A stretch of DNA of 60,797 nt, the filler included, from Squatina squatina (lineage: Eukaryota), in assembly GCA_031763465.1 (NCBI GenBank). It is 3 parts of 2 records of this genome, joined end to end, with 100 filler letters (N's around TTAATTAATTAA, not from the genome) between each part and the next. Parts side by side here need not be neighbours in the genome. Positions count along the whole stretch, not along the records: positions 19,366 to 43,544 come from JARFOE010000004.1; 2 more parts are not named here. One strand, given 5' to 3'. Each line of letters begins with the position of its first letter. Within the stretch, counting starts at the first letter, position 1. The translations under genes and the position numbers were made by a program. This document shows positions 22,830 through 36,632 of this stretch, one piece after another. The notes under the pieces are model-generated. The model was not told where the DNA came from, ran no database searches, and saw nothing but the letters and a program-made list of their open reading frames with translations.

Positions 22830-25800
22830 NNNNNNNNNNNNNNNNNNNNNNNNNNNNNNNNNNNNNNNNNNNNNNNNNNNNNNNNNNNNNNNNNNNNNNN
22901 NNNNNNNNNNNNNNNNNNNNNNNNNNNNAGCAGTGAAAGATAACAACAGAGCATCATCCCCACAACTTCGCAGAAAAGAGGATGTAAATGTCAAACAAGC
23001 AGAATAATAATCCACATCACCGTAGGAACACAAACACAACAGGCAAAACAATAGATTTCACTTGTTATAAAGCAGCTATGGCTAAGCTCCCAGGTTGCTA
23101 GCTGCAAAATCATTGACAAGAAGAAAAGCAATTCCTGGCCAAATGAACCACAGCAGGATATTGAAACAAAGACTTCTGACAGCACACAAAATGCAGAGCT
23201 GCTCCTTACCCTTTTCAAAAGCAAAAGCAGTGCGAAAATAACCTTAAGGTAAATATTAAAGTTTTTGATCCACCGTTTTGATACAGTATCTTGTCAGGAT
23301 TTGTTAGGGGACGAAGAACTGCTTTAACTCAGATATTCTGTGAGAATGCCTGACAGGCCACTTGCCTTTACATCGATGATGGGTGTTGTAGAACATTATT
23401 ATAGTAGGAAAAGGTCTCACAATTAGAAAACAGAAGGAAGAATGCAATAAGCAGCACATATTTACTCTAAATATTTGCTTACTTCAGTGGCCTCTAAGAC
23501 GGCAATCTCTCTTGCATCGATGTGGTTTGCATATTGGTTGCACATCACCAGGAAATTAGCAAGATAACTCCAGAGCCAAATTCTGAATGCAGAATGAGAG
23601 CTCCTTGGTCAAAGTATTTTACAACATTTGATCTTGACCCCAGTGAGGTCTTTAGTTTGTTTTCAACAGTACACGTATGGTCTGCTGGAATTGTGGGCAG
23701 CTTATAAGCCTATTGCTGAAACTGCTAGATTTTTAAGAAAGTGAGTACTGCTGTCTGTGCTCTTAAAATATTAAAATATCTACTGGCTGGGGAGCAGTGC
23801 TCTGCCTATGTATGTAACTACATATAAGGAGAGCTCGATCCAAGCGTGTGGAATACGATTTGCCATCAGGCGCAGCATTCAGTATAACTGTGGTCTTGCT
23901 GGCTATGCCTGATATTCTGAAGCTAATGCTCTCAGACTAGTAATGCTGCTTAACTGTAGCCTAAAACTATCTTCCAATTTTAACAATTAGCAATTTGTTT
24001 TTATATGGTATAAGCATAGAATGTTTCTTCTCAGNNNNNNNNNNNNNNNNNNNNNNNNNNNNNNNNNNNNNNNNNNNNNNNNNNNNNNNNNNNNNNNNNN
24101 NNNNNNNNNNNNNNNNNNNNNNNNNNNNNNNNNNTCCTTTCTTGTTTGGTGGTGGCTTTGATCAAAGGAGAACACATAGCTATGTGGGTGGAATCTGCGA
24201 TCCCATGAACATGGGTTTTCCATGGGGAAGTCCAGTTGTCAGCCTTGAATCTATTACAGTGTTATAAAAACAAAAATACATTAAAAAAATTAAATTAAAC
24301 CGATAAATATATTTTAAATATTAAAGTTTCAAAGAACCAGAAAATATCATAAACATGCATTTTTTAAAGAGTGTGTTTTTTGATCAAAAAATGAGTATAC
24401 ATAGTAAGAAAGGAAAAACTGAATCTGTTCTAATTTAACCGGGAGTAAAATAGCCAAAGAATTTCATCTTTGGTGCTTATGAGCCATCATCCCTGCTGAT
24501 AATTAATGCAAAATATGCTAGTCTGCTCAGGCATTTATGCATCAACGCTAAATTATGATATTTTATTCTATTCTAAATTTATAATCAGCTTGCCATGTAT
24601 TTTTAACTGATTTGAATGACCTGTGTGATATAATTTATGTTCTCCTTCAGATCTGTGGGTTTGCCAATCTGATGTACAGGACGGGCGGTCCCGAGTTGTT
24701 TTTGAGTTGTGCCGGTTTTGCTTCAGTCTATCATAGTCGTCTATTAACGGAGCATTATGTTTCCATCCACCTCCGTCATCACCATAACATAGTCTGAATT
24801 TGCTAAAACTTCCCTGTAATTTGAAGCGCAGAGACTTTTGCCAAATTCATGATGAAAAAGTTCAAAGTATGTCAAGGTTTTGAAATGTTCTTTCTGCCCA
24901 TAAAGGGTAGAATTATTCACATGGTTTTGTTACCAATCAAAGGACCACATGCCTTGCAAGAGAATTAACATGCAAGTGTTTGTGTTATTCCATTGCTATG
25001 CATTATTCATAGTGGAGACAAAGCTGTTGCCAAGATAAAAGTTAGGTGGTTCCAATAATGAAGATTTACTTGTGCTTCACACCAGGAATTTCTTTCCCTT
25101 CTGTGATTGTACTGCAGTATTGCTCACCAGCACAAGTTTTTGTCCAATTTCCTGGATACAAAATAGATTGTAAAATACGTGATGAGAAATTTAGTTTACA
25201 TGCATCGCTCACTGAATCTCTAATTAGGTTTCACATTGAAATTAGAAGATTGGGATGAGAGGAATGGTGTACAATCTCAACATTTGCATGAGGTTACTGG
25301 AAGCATTTTAAGACCAATAGCTTCTTGTTAGCAGGCTCTAATATACCACAGACATTTAAAACAGCTATAGGGGCTGACAATGTGGTCTGGGTGCAATGTA
25401 TTGAAACTGCTGATGTGAGTCTTCTTGTAAAAGGAAAATTCAGCAGTTTTAAATGTTGAAAAACAAATCATTTTTTTACTCCTTGCTTAAAAAAAATGGA
25501 AGCATTGAATAAATAAAATTGTGTACATGTAGAGGGGTTATGTTATTTCACCCCTTGATTCATTTTGGCCAGTAAAACATTATGAGTTGTTTACCATTAT
25601 GAAACAATCCCAATAATGCCTCTTACATATGAATGGTAATTTCACTGAACAAAACAATCAATACTTCATGCATGTCAACGTGAAAAAATTATATCTAATG
25701 TGAATGAAATAATTCTAAGTGATCAGTAGATCAACCCACCTTCTAAAATTCAGTCCCAAACTCATTGGATATCAGTGTAACAATGACAAAATGTCATCCT

Positions 25801-26049
25801 GTTTCAGGTTTAGTTTCAGATGCTTTCATTTTGATTGTTTTTCCTTTAACATAAATCTTCTGATTTCCGTGTGGCATTTAATTTGTGAAGCCACTTCCCT
25901 CCCCCAAGTGTGTAAGCATAGAACAGATCAAGAGCTGAATTCAAATTTATTAAACTAAAGTTTGTAGGCAATTCATTGGAAAAATAACACTCTAGCGTAA
26001 TGAGTATTATAAATTGTTGAGATAAGCATGCAACATTATAATTTATCAA

Positions 26050-26239
26050 ACAAGACTTCAAGTGATCATAATTCAGTTAAATCTAGAGAAGTTATGAAAA
26101 AGGACAAAGATAGACCAGGAATAAAAATTCTCAATTGGGGAAAAGCTAATTTCACTAAGCTCAGATGTGATTTAGCCAAAGTGGACTGGAAACAGCTACT
26201 TGAAGGTAAATCAGTGTCAGAGCAGTGGGAGGCATTCAA
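26050..26239 (+). mobile_element. CR1 LINE ORF2 fragment (post-endonuclease linker)
   Basis: SDHNSV...ILNWGKANFTKLRCDLAKVDWKQLLEGKSVSEQWEAF. Confidence 0.85.
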
Positions 26240-28074
26240 NNNNNNNNNNNNNNNNNNNNNNNNNNNNNNNNNNNNNNNNNNNNNNNNNNNNNNNNNNNNN
26301 NNNNNNNNNNNNNNNNNNNNNNNNNNNNNNNNNNNNNNNCCATACGCATTGTCTTATTGATTGACAGGAGTCTGCAGGTTTTTCCCCACCTGCCCGTTCA
26401 CAGTCTGCAGTTTAAAATCCTGACTCCTGTCCACCATTTTGTTTCTGGCCTCACCAGTGTCCACCATTTTGGCCCGATTCTTACATTGAGCTGCATATTT
26501 TTAATTTTTGTTTCTTTTTTGCCCTGCTCACCGGAAACCTTCACTGCAAATCAAGTTCCTCCTGGAAAGACTTCTCTGCCTCAAAAATTTAGCAGACAAT
26601 ATAAGAAGGGGTTCCTAATGGGGATACAATTATATATGATATACGTGTTGGAGGAAGAAGAGGAGAAGAACCTGGTGGCTGCACGGGAAGGCTACCTTAT
26701 AAGCTGCACCAACACACAGACCCTCTCGCTGATATGATGCCAACAGAGTGTAGAGACCTTGGCGCACCTTCTTAAACCTCTCTGGAGTTGTCATAAGAAG
26801 TTACAACTCAGTCCAGAAGCCTGGAGTAGATCTGCTTCCTGCTGCAGCCAGAAGTGGGAAGCAGATGTGCAGCTAGGGCTGCACTTACCATTGCAGAGAA
26901 GGTGACCACAGAATTCAGAACTCAGAGGCCAAAATCTACAGTCCTTCTGGCACATTCTTGGTGGAACTCTGGCAGGAGTGTGCCAGAAGGGCTAGAAATT
27001 GGGCCAAAACCCAGCCTTACATGAAGATTTCCATGAGTCTTACAGAGACTCCACCAACTTCTTACAAGCCCAGGAGCACGAGAAGGCATGGGAGGGCACA
27101 GGATCTGGAGGGGGTGGGGCACACTGTGATGGGAGTTTCCACAATTCCAGCCACGATACATCAGGGCAAGATCAGCAGCAGCCGAGGGATATCTGTTCTA
27201 ATCAGCTCCTTTATAACCCAACAAAATCTAGTAGTGGTTTCACTGTGCCTATTAAGGGCAAAATGAGCTAAATTCCTGGGAAAGCCAGGAGCTCCCCCAA
27301 ACACAACCCCTTGGATTTGGANNNNNNNNNNACTGACCCAACCCCGCACCCCACTGACCCAATCCCACAACCCACTGACCCAGCCCCCCCCCCCCCAGAC
27401 CCCACCCTCCCCGGGATCTAAAGTCCCAGAGCAAGTAGGGTGGTAACAGCGTAACCAGATTCTATTCCAAATTTATGCTCATCCCACCTACCTTCTGCCT
27501 TCTTTGGCCCTGGGGATTTGGGGGCTGATGTATATCACCTTAGGGACTTGTTGAGAGGATATTTCCTTGCCACCTATAAAGACGCACACACCAGCCTCCA
27601 GCTTGTCTGTGGTTTTAGCTTCATGAATGCTTCCATTTATAGACTTCAGAAGCAACATCTCCAAAAGCCTGGATAATCATCTGTAGACACATTCTTACAG
27701 AAGTACAATCACTAATATCTACATGTTACAGACACTGTGTGAGACACACCATAAATGGTGTATAAGCCGCAAGGGAGAAAAAGTATCTGACCGATATCTA
27801 TCCCCAACTATCAAGCAAAGTTACCGTGACTGAACCTGCACGTTGCCTGAACTACGAGTCATACAATATACTTAAACATTTCACTGTGCCTCTGCTGATT
27901 GGCAGCACTTTGGCAAACCAAAATTCATCGTATCATCCTTGAAATTGCTGTTAAATTTGTATTGCAACATTGCTTCTGTACTCTTTCATCTCGAATCTCA
28001 CTGAATGTGTCTTTAAACATTTAACTGCTTTCAGATTGTAAATAATTCTTCTGTCATTTCCCAACCTTCTTCCC

Positions 28075-28207
28075 ATAAACCTCCAACCCCACCTTCTCTC
28101 CACATCTCGAAACCCCACCTTCTCCCCATATTCCCCAACCCCACCTTCTCCCCATATCCCTTAACCCACCTTTTCACCATATCCCCCAAAAACACTTTCT
28201 CCCCATA
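28075..28207. repeat. C-rich ~23-25 bp minisatellite
   Basis: Repeated CCAACCCCACCTTCTCCCCATAT, running into a gap. Confidence 0.85.
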
Positions 28208-29082
28208 NNNNNNNNNNNNNNNNNNNNNNNNNNNNNNNNNNNNNNNNNNNNNNNNNNNNNNNNNNNNNNNNNNNNNNNNNNNNNNNNNNNNNNNNNNNNN
28301 NNNNNNNNNNNNNNNNNNNNNNNNTAGATTTAACTTGCTTTTATTTTCACAATGTATTATTTTTAATTAATTTCTACTATACTTTCAGAGCTCTATCATT
28401 TGTTATTCTGTTAGAAACAATGGTACTCAGTTGTCACTCTGAATAAAGTATAAGTGCCACACGAAGAATTTTGCAACACTAGAAAACATTCTTGTTAAAA
28501 AAGCCTTGAAGGTGAAATTGTGCCAAGCAACTACAGTAAATTCATAAAGGCTTCAATCCAGTTGTTGCCCAACTGTTTAACCCAGCACTTCCATATGGTC
28601 AGCTTCAATGTATTTGGAAACAAAAAAACATTCCCTTCCCCCACAGACACACACACACACGCACGCACTTCAAATGTGTTTCATGTAGCATCTGTTAGTT
28701 ATCCACGACTAATTTCTGCTCTCAGTACACTTTAGAAAAGCAGGAAAAAGTTAATTTCAAAGAAAATAAAAACAACTTTGCTATAATATTTTCCATATGC
28801 ATTTGCCAGGTTGATACACCAATACTGCTCTTATCTCGATCCATGTAAGTATTTCTCCGCAATGCTAGCATGAACTAAAGTACAATATGATGGGCATTTG
28901 TCACGTTTTTAATTTGTAAACCAAGATTTACATTTTAGCCATGTTTTATTCAAATTTTCTATTTTGCATTGCAATTTGTCCTTCGTGTAGATTTTTGAAA
29001 GGCACTATATTCAATAATTATATCATGATGTGGTACATATTATGCACTCACTCATACAAATTAGTCATGTCAGTGACTCTGA

Positions 29083-29450
29083 CACTGTTCCAATGAAGCT
29101 CGGCGTAAGCTCGAGGAACAGCACCTCATCTTTCGATTGGGCACTTTACAGCCTTCCGGACTCAACATCGAGTTCAACCATTTCAGACCGTAACCTCTGC
29201 CCTATATTTTTTCCTTCAGTTTTTTTTCCCCTCCCACCCTTTCACAGACCTTCCCGTCTGCTCTTTCTCCCCACCTCCTTTCACCGCCCCTGCAGGTGCT
29301 TAAAAACCTGCTACAATTCTCACTTTTTTCAGTTCTGACGAAGGGTCTTCGACCTGAAACGTTAACTCTGTTTCTCTCTCCACTCAATGCTGCCTGACCT
29401 GCTGAGTTTTTTCCAGCATTTTGTTTAAATTTCAGCTTCCAGCATTTCAC
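29083..29450 (+). mobile_element. Penelope-like element 3' end (GIY-YIG C-terminus plus pseudo-LTR/UTR)
   Basis: CSNEARRKLEEQHLIFRLGTLQPSGLNIEFNHFRP* (29086-29193), then a pyrimidine tract and GCTGCCTGACCTGCTGAGTTTTTTCCAGCA tail. Confidence 0.85.
29330..29370 (+). ncRNA. minimal type I hammerhead ribozyme of the Penelope element
   Basis: AGTT-CTGACGA-A-G-GGTC-TTC-GACC-T-GAAAC-GTT-AACT: core boxes CUGANGA and GAAA, stem II GGUC/GACC, stem I AGUU/AACU, palindromic stem III AACGUU. Confidence 0.7.
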
Positions 29451-29454
29451 TTTT

Positions 29455-29670
29455 GGGTTGGAGTTATCCCAGTGTCGTGGTCAATATTTACCCCTCAACC
29501 AACACCACCAAAAGCAGATTACCTGGTCATTGCTGTTTGCAATGGACCTCGCTGTAGTCAAATTGGTGACTGGGATTGCCTGCATGACGACAGTGACTAC
29601 ACTTCAAACAGTCCTTGATTGGCTGAGACGTGCTGTGGGCGGATGAAGCCTGAAAATGCTGATGCCAATT
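29455..29670 (+). mobile_element. SacSINE1-like SINE central and 3' part
   Basis: CAATATTTACCCCTCAACCAACACCACC...CAGATTACCTGGTCATTGCTG...ACAGTGACTACACTTCAAA. Confidence 0.75.
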
Positions 29671-29984
29671 TCAGTTCTGTTAGGATGCCTGAAGCACACT
29701 CCCTGGTTAACCTTTCTGTAGTGGCAAGCCTATCGCCATAGAACACCTATTCGACCACCTGCGTCACATATAGAGAGCTGAACAAAGTGCCATAGGGGAG
29801 GAAGCACTATAGTTACAGCTAATGATGCAAATCATAAACTCTAATTAACTAATAAACTCTAAGCATTTATTATTTGCTTACAATACTTTGTTTGTTTATT
29901 CCGAAATTGATTTGTTGATTAAACTCAATTTGTGAGTACAAAAAAACTGTTTGATTCTTGGCCTGGTAGCTGATTTCACCTGAC

Positions 29985-30172
29985 AGGAACAGGAGTTGGC
30001 CACCCGGCCCCTTGAGCCTGCTCCGCCATTCAATACGATCATGGCTGATCCAACATTCCTCAAGTCCACTTTCCTGCCCTTTCCCCTTACTGATTCCCTT
30101 ACTGATTAAAAAATCTATCTATCTCAGCCTTAATATACTCAAAGACTCAGCATCCACAGCTCTCTGTGGCAA
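29985..30172 (-). mobile_element. CR1 LINE 3' end
   Basis: CAGGAGTTGGCCACCCGGCCCCTTGAGCCTGCTCCGCCATTCAAT...TCTATCTATCTCAGCCTTAATATACTC...CCACAGCTCTCTGTGGCA. Confidence 0.8.
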
Positions 30173-31674
30173 NNNNNNNNNNNNNNNNNNNNNNNNNNNN
30201 NNNNNNNNNNNNNNNNNNNNNNNNNNNNNNNNNNNNNNNNNNNNNNNNNNNNNNNNNNNNNNNNNNNNNNNNAGCCGACGGCTCTCTGCCCATAACCAAA
30301 GGTACGAGTGTCCGGGCCGCTGTCGATCGCACAGAAAGACTCCAGGTTGTGGAGCAGAGCGTGTGTGTGACTTACATAAAGCAAAGTGATAGACAAAAAC
30401 ATTTTCTTACCAAACAGTAGCTGCAGTATGCTTTTAAGACTCCACTATCGCCTTTATCAGCTGGTCGTGGCAAGCCCATCTGGTTTATACAGGTTCTTAT
30501 TAGAAGGAGTAGGTTCAGGGTTGTAAATGATAGAACTTAGGATGGGTGACATCACCCTATCCCAAAATCCATCAGTGACATGCTTGCAGAGTTTATAGGG
30601 TGAGTTCTTCTTTCTCCTGTCCTCACCTCCAATAAAATTTGGGATGCATTTTAAACAGCACAAAAACCCAACAGACCTGGTTCCTGTCCCAAATTCCTGC
30701 TTCCCCCTCAGGCAAAAAACACCACCATTGCCTTTACGACTCCAGGAATTTCACCTCCACTGCATTTTACATTCTTACGCAAGAAGTTGTAAAAAATGTA
30801 ACTTAGTTTTGCCCCAACTCAATGAAAACATTACCAATGTGTAAACATAAGCCTTAATCGTCACTTTGTACAATTTGAAGAAGTAGTCAAAAATTTGAAA
30901 TACATAATTAATTTCAGATTTTATTTGTCTAAACAAAGAAGTCCTCATTATTGTTACTCTCCTTTATAATATTCAACATTATGACTATACTGAATATTAT
31001 TCTCGTACAAATTAGATAATGAAAAAACAGGTCTGTGCTCATGCCAGGAAAATTCAGTACCTTAAAGGCTTACTTCTAGACATCTGGGTACAGAAATCCT
31101 TTTTCAATTTTCAGTGCATGCCAATCAGATATATTTAGAAATTCTATTCTGTATGTACATCTGAACTTTCAAAAAGTAGTGTTAGTAATAGTCTTTCATG
31201 TATACAGTGAATGGCTATCATCTTACTATGCTACCGCTGAATGTCATTAGTGTACATATGTTCTCAACAGAGGCAAAGCAGAGCTGAAGATGGAATATGG
31301 TTCCACTTTACAACTAATGACAAAAATGAGGTGTTAAGCTTACCCATTTTAACGTACAAATAACAGATTTCAATGATCAAAAGTGGGAATTGAGCCATCA
31401 ATCTGTTGTTTTAGACATTTAGGCATTGGNNNNNNNNNNNNNNNNNNNNNNNNNNNNNNNNNNNNNNNNNNNNNNNNNNNNNNNNNNNNNNNNNNNNNNN
31501 NNNNNNNNNNNNNNNNNNNNNNNNNNNNNCTTCCACTAGACAACCCCCATCGAAATTCCAGCCTGGACTGTTTTTGCTCAACTGTCTCCTGTTCTATGTT
31601 TCTGCGTCATTTTAAATGGAAAAAAATTAAAATGTAAAGCTCTGGGAATGCAGCCATTGTGCAGTTCTGCAAAT

Positions 31675-31940
31675 CCCAGCAAAACAGAGATGACAGGTAA
31701 TCCAGCAAATAATTGGAAAAGCTTTAAAGGAATTTCAGACAATTATGAAATTGTATCACATCTCATTAAGCAATCACAAGATCTCAGCGCTGCTGAAGCA
31801 AATTAACAGTATAAGCAAAGAGGCACTAAACATACTTCAGTTTGAGACAGATGAAGACAAAATTGATGTAAAGGTTCTTCTTAGCAAGATTAAACAATTG
31901 TGTGTTAGAAAAAACAATGAAACCCATGAACATTATTGCC
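31675..31940 (+). mobile_element. degenerate Gypsy gag N-terminal fragment
   Basis: EMTGNPANNWKSFK...KISALL...ISKEALNI..FETDEDK..VKVLLSKIKQLCVRKNNETHEHY resembles the Gypsy gag pattern GN.A.NW..FK...G.EAL...KF..YC....N.T.ERY. Confidence 0.6.
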
Positions 31941-34107
31941 TGCAATTTACTTTGGGGTTCTCTGGAAGTTCTTAGCCATTTCCCACAGGGTTACATCGAT
32001 CTCCCACTGAAGGTAAAGCGGGAGATTGTGAGAACCTCGTGAAAATTCAGGGATTAAAGATTCAACAATTGGGACAAATATTCTGATGAAATAATAGAGT
32101 TGTATATAGCATGGATGCACACTTCATTTGTGACGTATCAAAGAATGGCATTGAATTTAAATAGCATTCTTACTCTGGAACATGTTTGGATGAGGTCAAT
32201 GATACCATCTCTCAAGCACCAGGCACTAATTATTCAAATGAGTTAAACTCCAAAATGTTGCGTGCCGAGCTCATTACACTTTTGGCTAGCATTGTAGTAG
32301 CATCAAGATATTCTAAGGACAAGTTTGCTGGCACTCCAAAATTGAGGCTATTAATGATGTGGGGTTGGCATAAAAATTATCACCAGCCAAAAAATGCCCT
32401 CCCCTACCATCAATGTTTTAGGGAACACATATCATAGCCGGTAAAATTAAAGAACTATTGTGAACAAAGTTTATAATCAAAAAGAGGGAGACCAATCAAA
32501 AATTTAATTTAACTCATGGAGCTGTGTTTATTTTATAAATGGATTATATTTTAAACCAATATAAGTATTACTGAATCCAATTGAATGGGACTCGACAGGT
32601 ATGACAATATAAAAATTGCTTTAGTTTCTTGCTTGATGGTTTAAAAACTCAGTCATTATCAGGTCCAATTAGTTAACAGTTATTGGAAAGGATTTCAGTT
32701 CTTTTTGTTTCAAGAGGGAGACTCAAAAGAGCTTCCATTATTCCTTGTGTAANNNNNNNNNNNNNNNNNNNNNNNNNNNNNNNNNNNNNNNNNNNNNNNN
32801 NNNNNNNNNNNNNNNNNNNNNNNNNNNNNNNNNNNNNNNNNNNNNNNNNNNNAACACATTTTCATCCCTCTGTGTTAATTATTGTGTTATTGTGTTGTAA
32901 GTATTGAACTTTCATTCCCTTCAGATTGTAAGAACGCAATATAATCAGGCTGTTGAAGAAAATTTGCATTTCTGGCAACTAATCTCACTTTGTTTATCCC
33001 CTCCCCTCTTACTGTTACATTTTATTGCCATAACTAATCAAAGTAATGTACCAAGACTCTATATATCAGAATACTAAATTTGAGTATTAAAAAAATTGAT
33101 TGCGTACCTAGCAAAGCTATTTTTCAAGCTGTTACAGAAACCGCAGAGCATATATCATGGCCTCATGGAGTGCTAAATTCCAGGCACCTCAGCACGGCTG
33201 TTTTAAATTGGCATGCCAGCCCCAGTGGCATATCTGGCAGACAGCAGTTCATTATAAGTTGCATGCGCTGCATGTAGGCATTCTGTATATTCTATACTGA
33301 GTGTCTCGCCTCCAGATTTTTTGCTGAGGCATGAATCTGCTCTTTTATATTACTAATCTGTCATCTTGAACTAACCTAATGGCTTGTCAACTAATTCCAT
33401 TGCGCACACTGCTTTCATTTTCATTCCTGAGAGATTAGCCGTTTCCCATGATCAGAACTAAGGAAATGAAGTGAAGGGATGATCATAGAAGGGGAGTAAA
33501 AGGTATAAGCTTAAACAGTTTAAGGTTGAAAGCACAAACAAAGGAATGGGTTTGTTTGTCTCATGGTTATTTCTAATAAATTAAATATGGGCAAGAATAT
33601 TTGACTAGTCAGTCAAATTCAGAAAGAGTTGCCTTTGCTTTCATACTAATTTGTTGTATTTCTATCAAACAAGCGTCTGCGACTGCCTGGTATTCATATC
33701 CTGGAGAGACAGACAACCCAGGCTAAACTGGTGCCGGAAGAGGTGGCCACATGCATTTCCTTTGCCCTGTAGAGACTGGGCCAAAACCCAATTAAACACT
33801 GTCAGTAGGCATTTATATTTATATTTCTTACTAATTCATCAAGGATATAACTTGTGACTCCCAAGTATTCGAGAACATTTGTTTAAAGAAAGGTGAATTG
33901 ATAAAGTCATAAGGTCAAATATAACGATGAGCAAATGACCTCCCTTCTAATTCAGACCAAATCTGAACCACTGCAATCACTACTCCTTCCTCCAACTCTA
34001 AGGCAGAGTGAAAACTTGGCTTTGGTCCAATTCCCATTTCATTATTGACAAAAAAAATAAACCTAAGCTTGTTCAAGTCTGATTTACGAAAGCTCAGTTT
34101 TGTTTCT

Positions 34108-34252
34108 ATAACCAGGGGTCACAGTTTAAGGATAAGGGGGAAGTCATTTAGGACCGAGATGAGGAAAAATTTCTTCACAGAGAGTAGTGAATCTGTGGAA
34201 TTCTCTGCCACAGAAAGTAGTTGAGGCCAGTTCATTGGCTATATTTAAGAGG
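34108..34252 (+). mobile_element. CR1 LINE ORF2 C-terminal fragment
   Basis: TRGHSLRIRGKSFRTEMRKNFFT..VVNLWNSLPQKVVEASSLAIFKR. Confidence 0.88.
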
Positions 34253-34785
34253 NNNNNNNNNNNNNNNNNNNNNNNNNNNNNNNNNNNNNNNNNNNNNNNN
34301 NNNNNNNNNNNNNNNNNNNNNNNNNNNNNNNNNNNNNNNNNNNNNNNNNNNNTAACATTGTGGATGTGCCAGCTGCCTGTTATAGAAACTTCCCAATTTT
34401 CATTTTCTTTTATTGAAGATCTACCCCGCACCATCTCCATGGTCTTCACACTTTTCTGTGCAGAGAACCACCCTGCAAATATTAACACACCACAGGGACT
34501 CGTCCTAACTTTTAAAAGACAGTGCCAACTACCCAATGGAAAATAGTGTTATGATTGCCCAATAAACTTTCCAACTTTGTGTTCCTGGCAAGAACTTCAC
34601 CCACCAAGAGCACATAGCAGAAATTCCAATGCACTACACATGATTTAAATGGCTGGAAAATCATGCATAGTGCAGGGCAGAATTTCTGGTGCTAGCTTTC
34701 GCTATGCACCTAGAGCACTATTGACATATATATCCTTTAATATCACATTTTCATTATATTGTAACAGATCGTGTGAAAAGATATT

Positions 34786-35340
34786 GGCCCTGAAATTGTG
34801 ACCGGAGGCGTCCTGCACGCGGAGGACTCCGAGGGCAAAAATATTTGCGTACTTACCTGACAGTCCTTGATCCACACAACCTTGTGAGATTCAGCCCCCC
34901 GCTGAGTTGGAGATTCGGAGCGGGGCTCTATGGATTCTTGGGGAAGTCCAGCGAAGGGTCTGGAGAGGTCAAATGGGAGGCCCCAACCAATCAGGTTGGA
35001 GTATCTTTCAGTCAAGCTTTTGACAGATATGACAGTTCTGTCAAAGCTTGGATGAAAAATGAAAAATAACAGAAACACATCCCAAAACATTTTAAAAACT
35101 ATTCCAACATTAAAATTTCATAAAAAGTAGATAAATAAGACAAAATTCTTTAAAAATGTTTAAAAACATACTTACCTTAGTGGGAATGGTTTTAAAGTAA
35201 TGAACAATTAATTTTTTTGATTTAAGTTTTTTTTGTAAACTCTTACGTTGGTAAACCAAGCATATACGCTAGGTTTCACCATGCGTAAAAAACTTTAGCA
35301 GATTTCTGTGATGTTTGTTTTCCTCCTGGCCACTGGTGGC
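34786..35340 (+). mobile_element. MITE-like element, family B copy
   Basis: Begins GGCCCTGAAATTG. Shares CAACCAATCAGGT, AAAACATACTTACCTTAGTGG and AACTCTTACG...CCATGCGTAAAAAA with 8649-9358. Confidence 0.65.
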
Positions 35341-36542
35341 GCTGTCCCAGGAAGTCTCAGCCCTGTCACTCCTCCTCCCNNNNNNNNNNNNNNNNNNNNN
35401 NNNNNNNNNNNNNNNNNNNNNNNNNNNNNNNNNNNNNNNNNNNNNNNNNNNNNNNNNNNNNNNNNNNNNNNNNNNNNNNGACAGCACAGACCAATTGGGC
35501 CCCCTAGGTAGTTGAATGTACACTGAAACAAATGTTTCACATTTTCGCAAACAGCATCGAAGGTATTTGGGGTATTTCTGTAACAATTATAGTGCATTTG
35601 TTTGACCCTAACTTCCTTTTTGAGAATTACAATCGAAAAGAGATAGATCTGTATAGTAAAGATACTGGTCACTCAGAAACCATCTGCTTCCTAAACTCAA
35701 CTCTATGTCAACTCATGAGCCCATATGAAAAGTTAGAAGGTGTAATGTAATCTGTAAAATTAAAGTTAAGGCACTCATTCCGTGGTGGAGCCACAGTTCT
35801 GAGTCTAAGTACTGACTGACACTCTATAATCTACCAGTGACATGTATAATGAATATCATCAGTTCCTAATGTTCCCTGCCTCACTGCTAAGCCTGGCAAC
35901 CAGGAGGAAAGTTGTCTGTGCCAATTCCATCTGATCCAGCAGCAAAGCATTTATTTTTTCTGCTTGTTGATTAGGAAATGAATGGCTGCATATATTACAG
36001 TTGGAGACTGGATCCTGATTTAATCATTAGCAAGAATANNNNNNNNNNCAGGACATTTTTACTTTTCTACTTACATAATTATTAAACATAAAGGGGCAAA
36101 TTCACCCCTTAATCCCTGGAGCAAGACTTCCCCCATTCATTCCTTGGCTGCATCCTTGAACCTTTGTGGTTTCCAAAGTCAGGGTCATTAACACACTCTT
36201 GTTGGTGGGATCCTAGTGGAATTTCTGTCACTGCCACGTCACCCATCTGATGTTGGGGGGAGGGGAATGTCTGCAGCACAGCTGATGACACCCATACTTT
36301 TAATCTTTGAAATCTCCCATTTTAACATGGGGCAAGATGGTCCTTTAATATTTAAAACCCCCCCCTGCTGCCTTAGCCAGGAATTTAACAACATTCCTAC
36401 TGCCCATTGTTGTTAATGGTGCAAATGATGAGCATTGCGTTGNNNNNNNNNNNNNNNNNNNNNNNNNNNNNNNNNNNNNNNNNNNNNNNNNNNNNNNNNN
36501 NNNNNNNNNNNNNNNNNNNNNNNNNNNNNNNNNNNNNNNNNN

Positions 36543-36632
36543 TTCTCTCCACAGATGCTGCCTGACCTGCTGAGTTTTTCCAGCATTTTTTGTTTATATT
36601 CTAGATTCCAGCATCTGCAATATTTTGCTTTT
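36543..36632 (+). mobile_element. Penelope-like element 3' tail (second copy; ribozyme part lies in the gap)
   Basis: TTCTCTCCACAGATGCTGCCTGACCTGCTGAGTTTTTCCAGCATTTT matches 29372-29425. Confidence 0.75.

Noticed and set aside
30457-30663. TDGFWDR resembling the KALRN first-exon peptide MTDRFWDQW
   Set aside because: Wrong strand, no Met at the right position and no further similarity.
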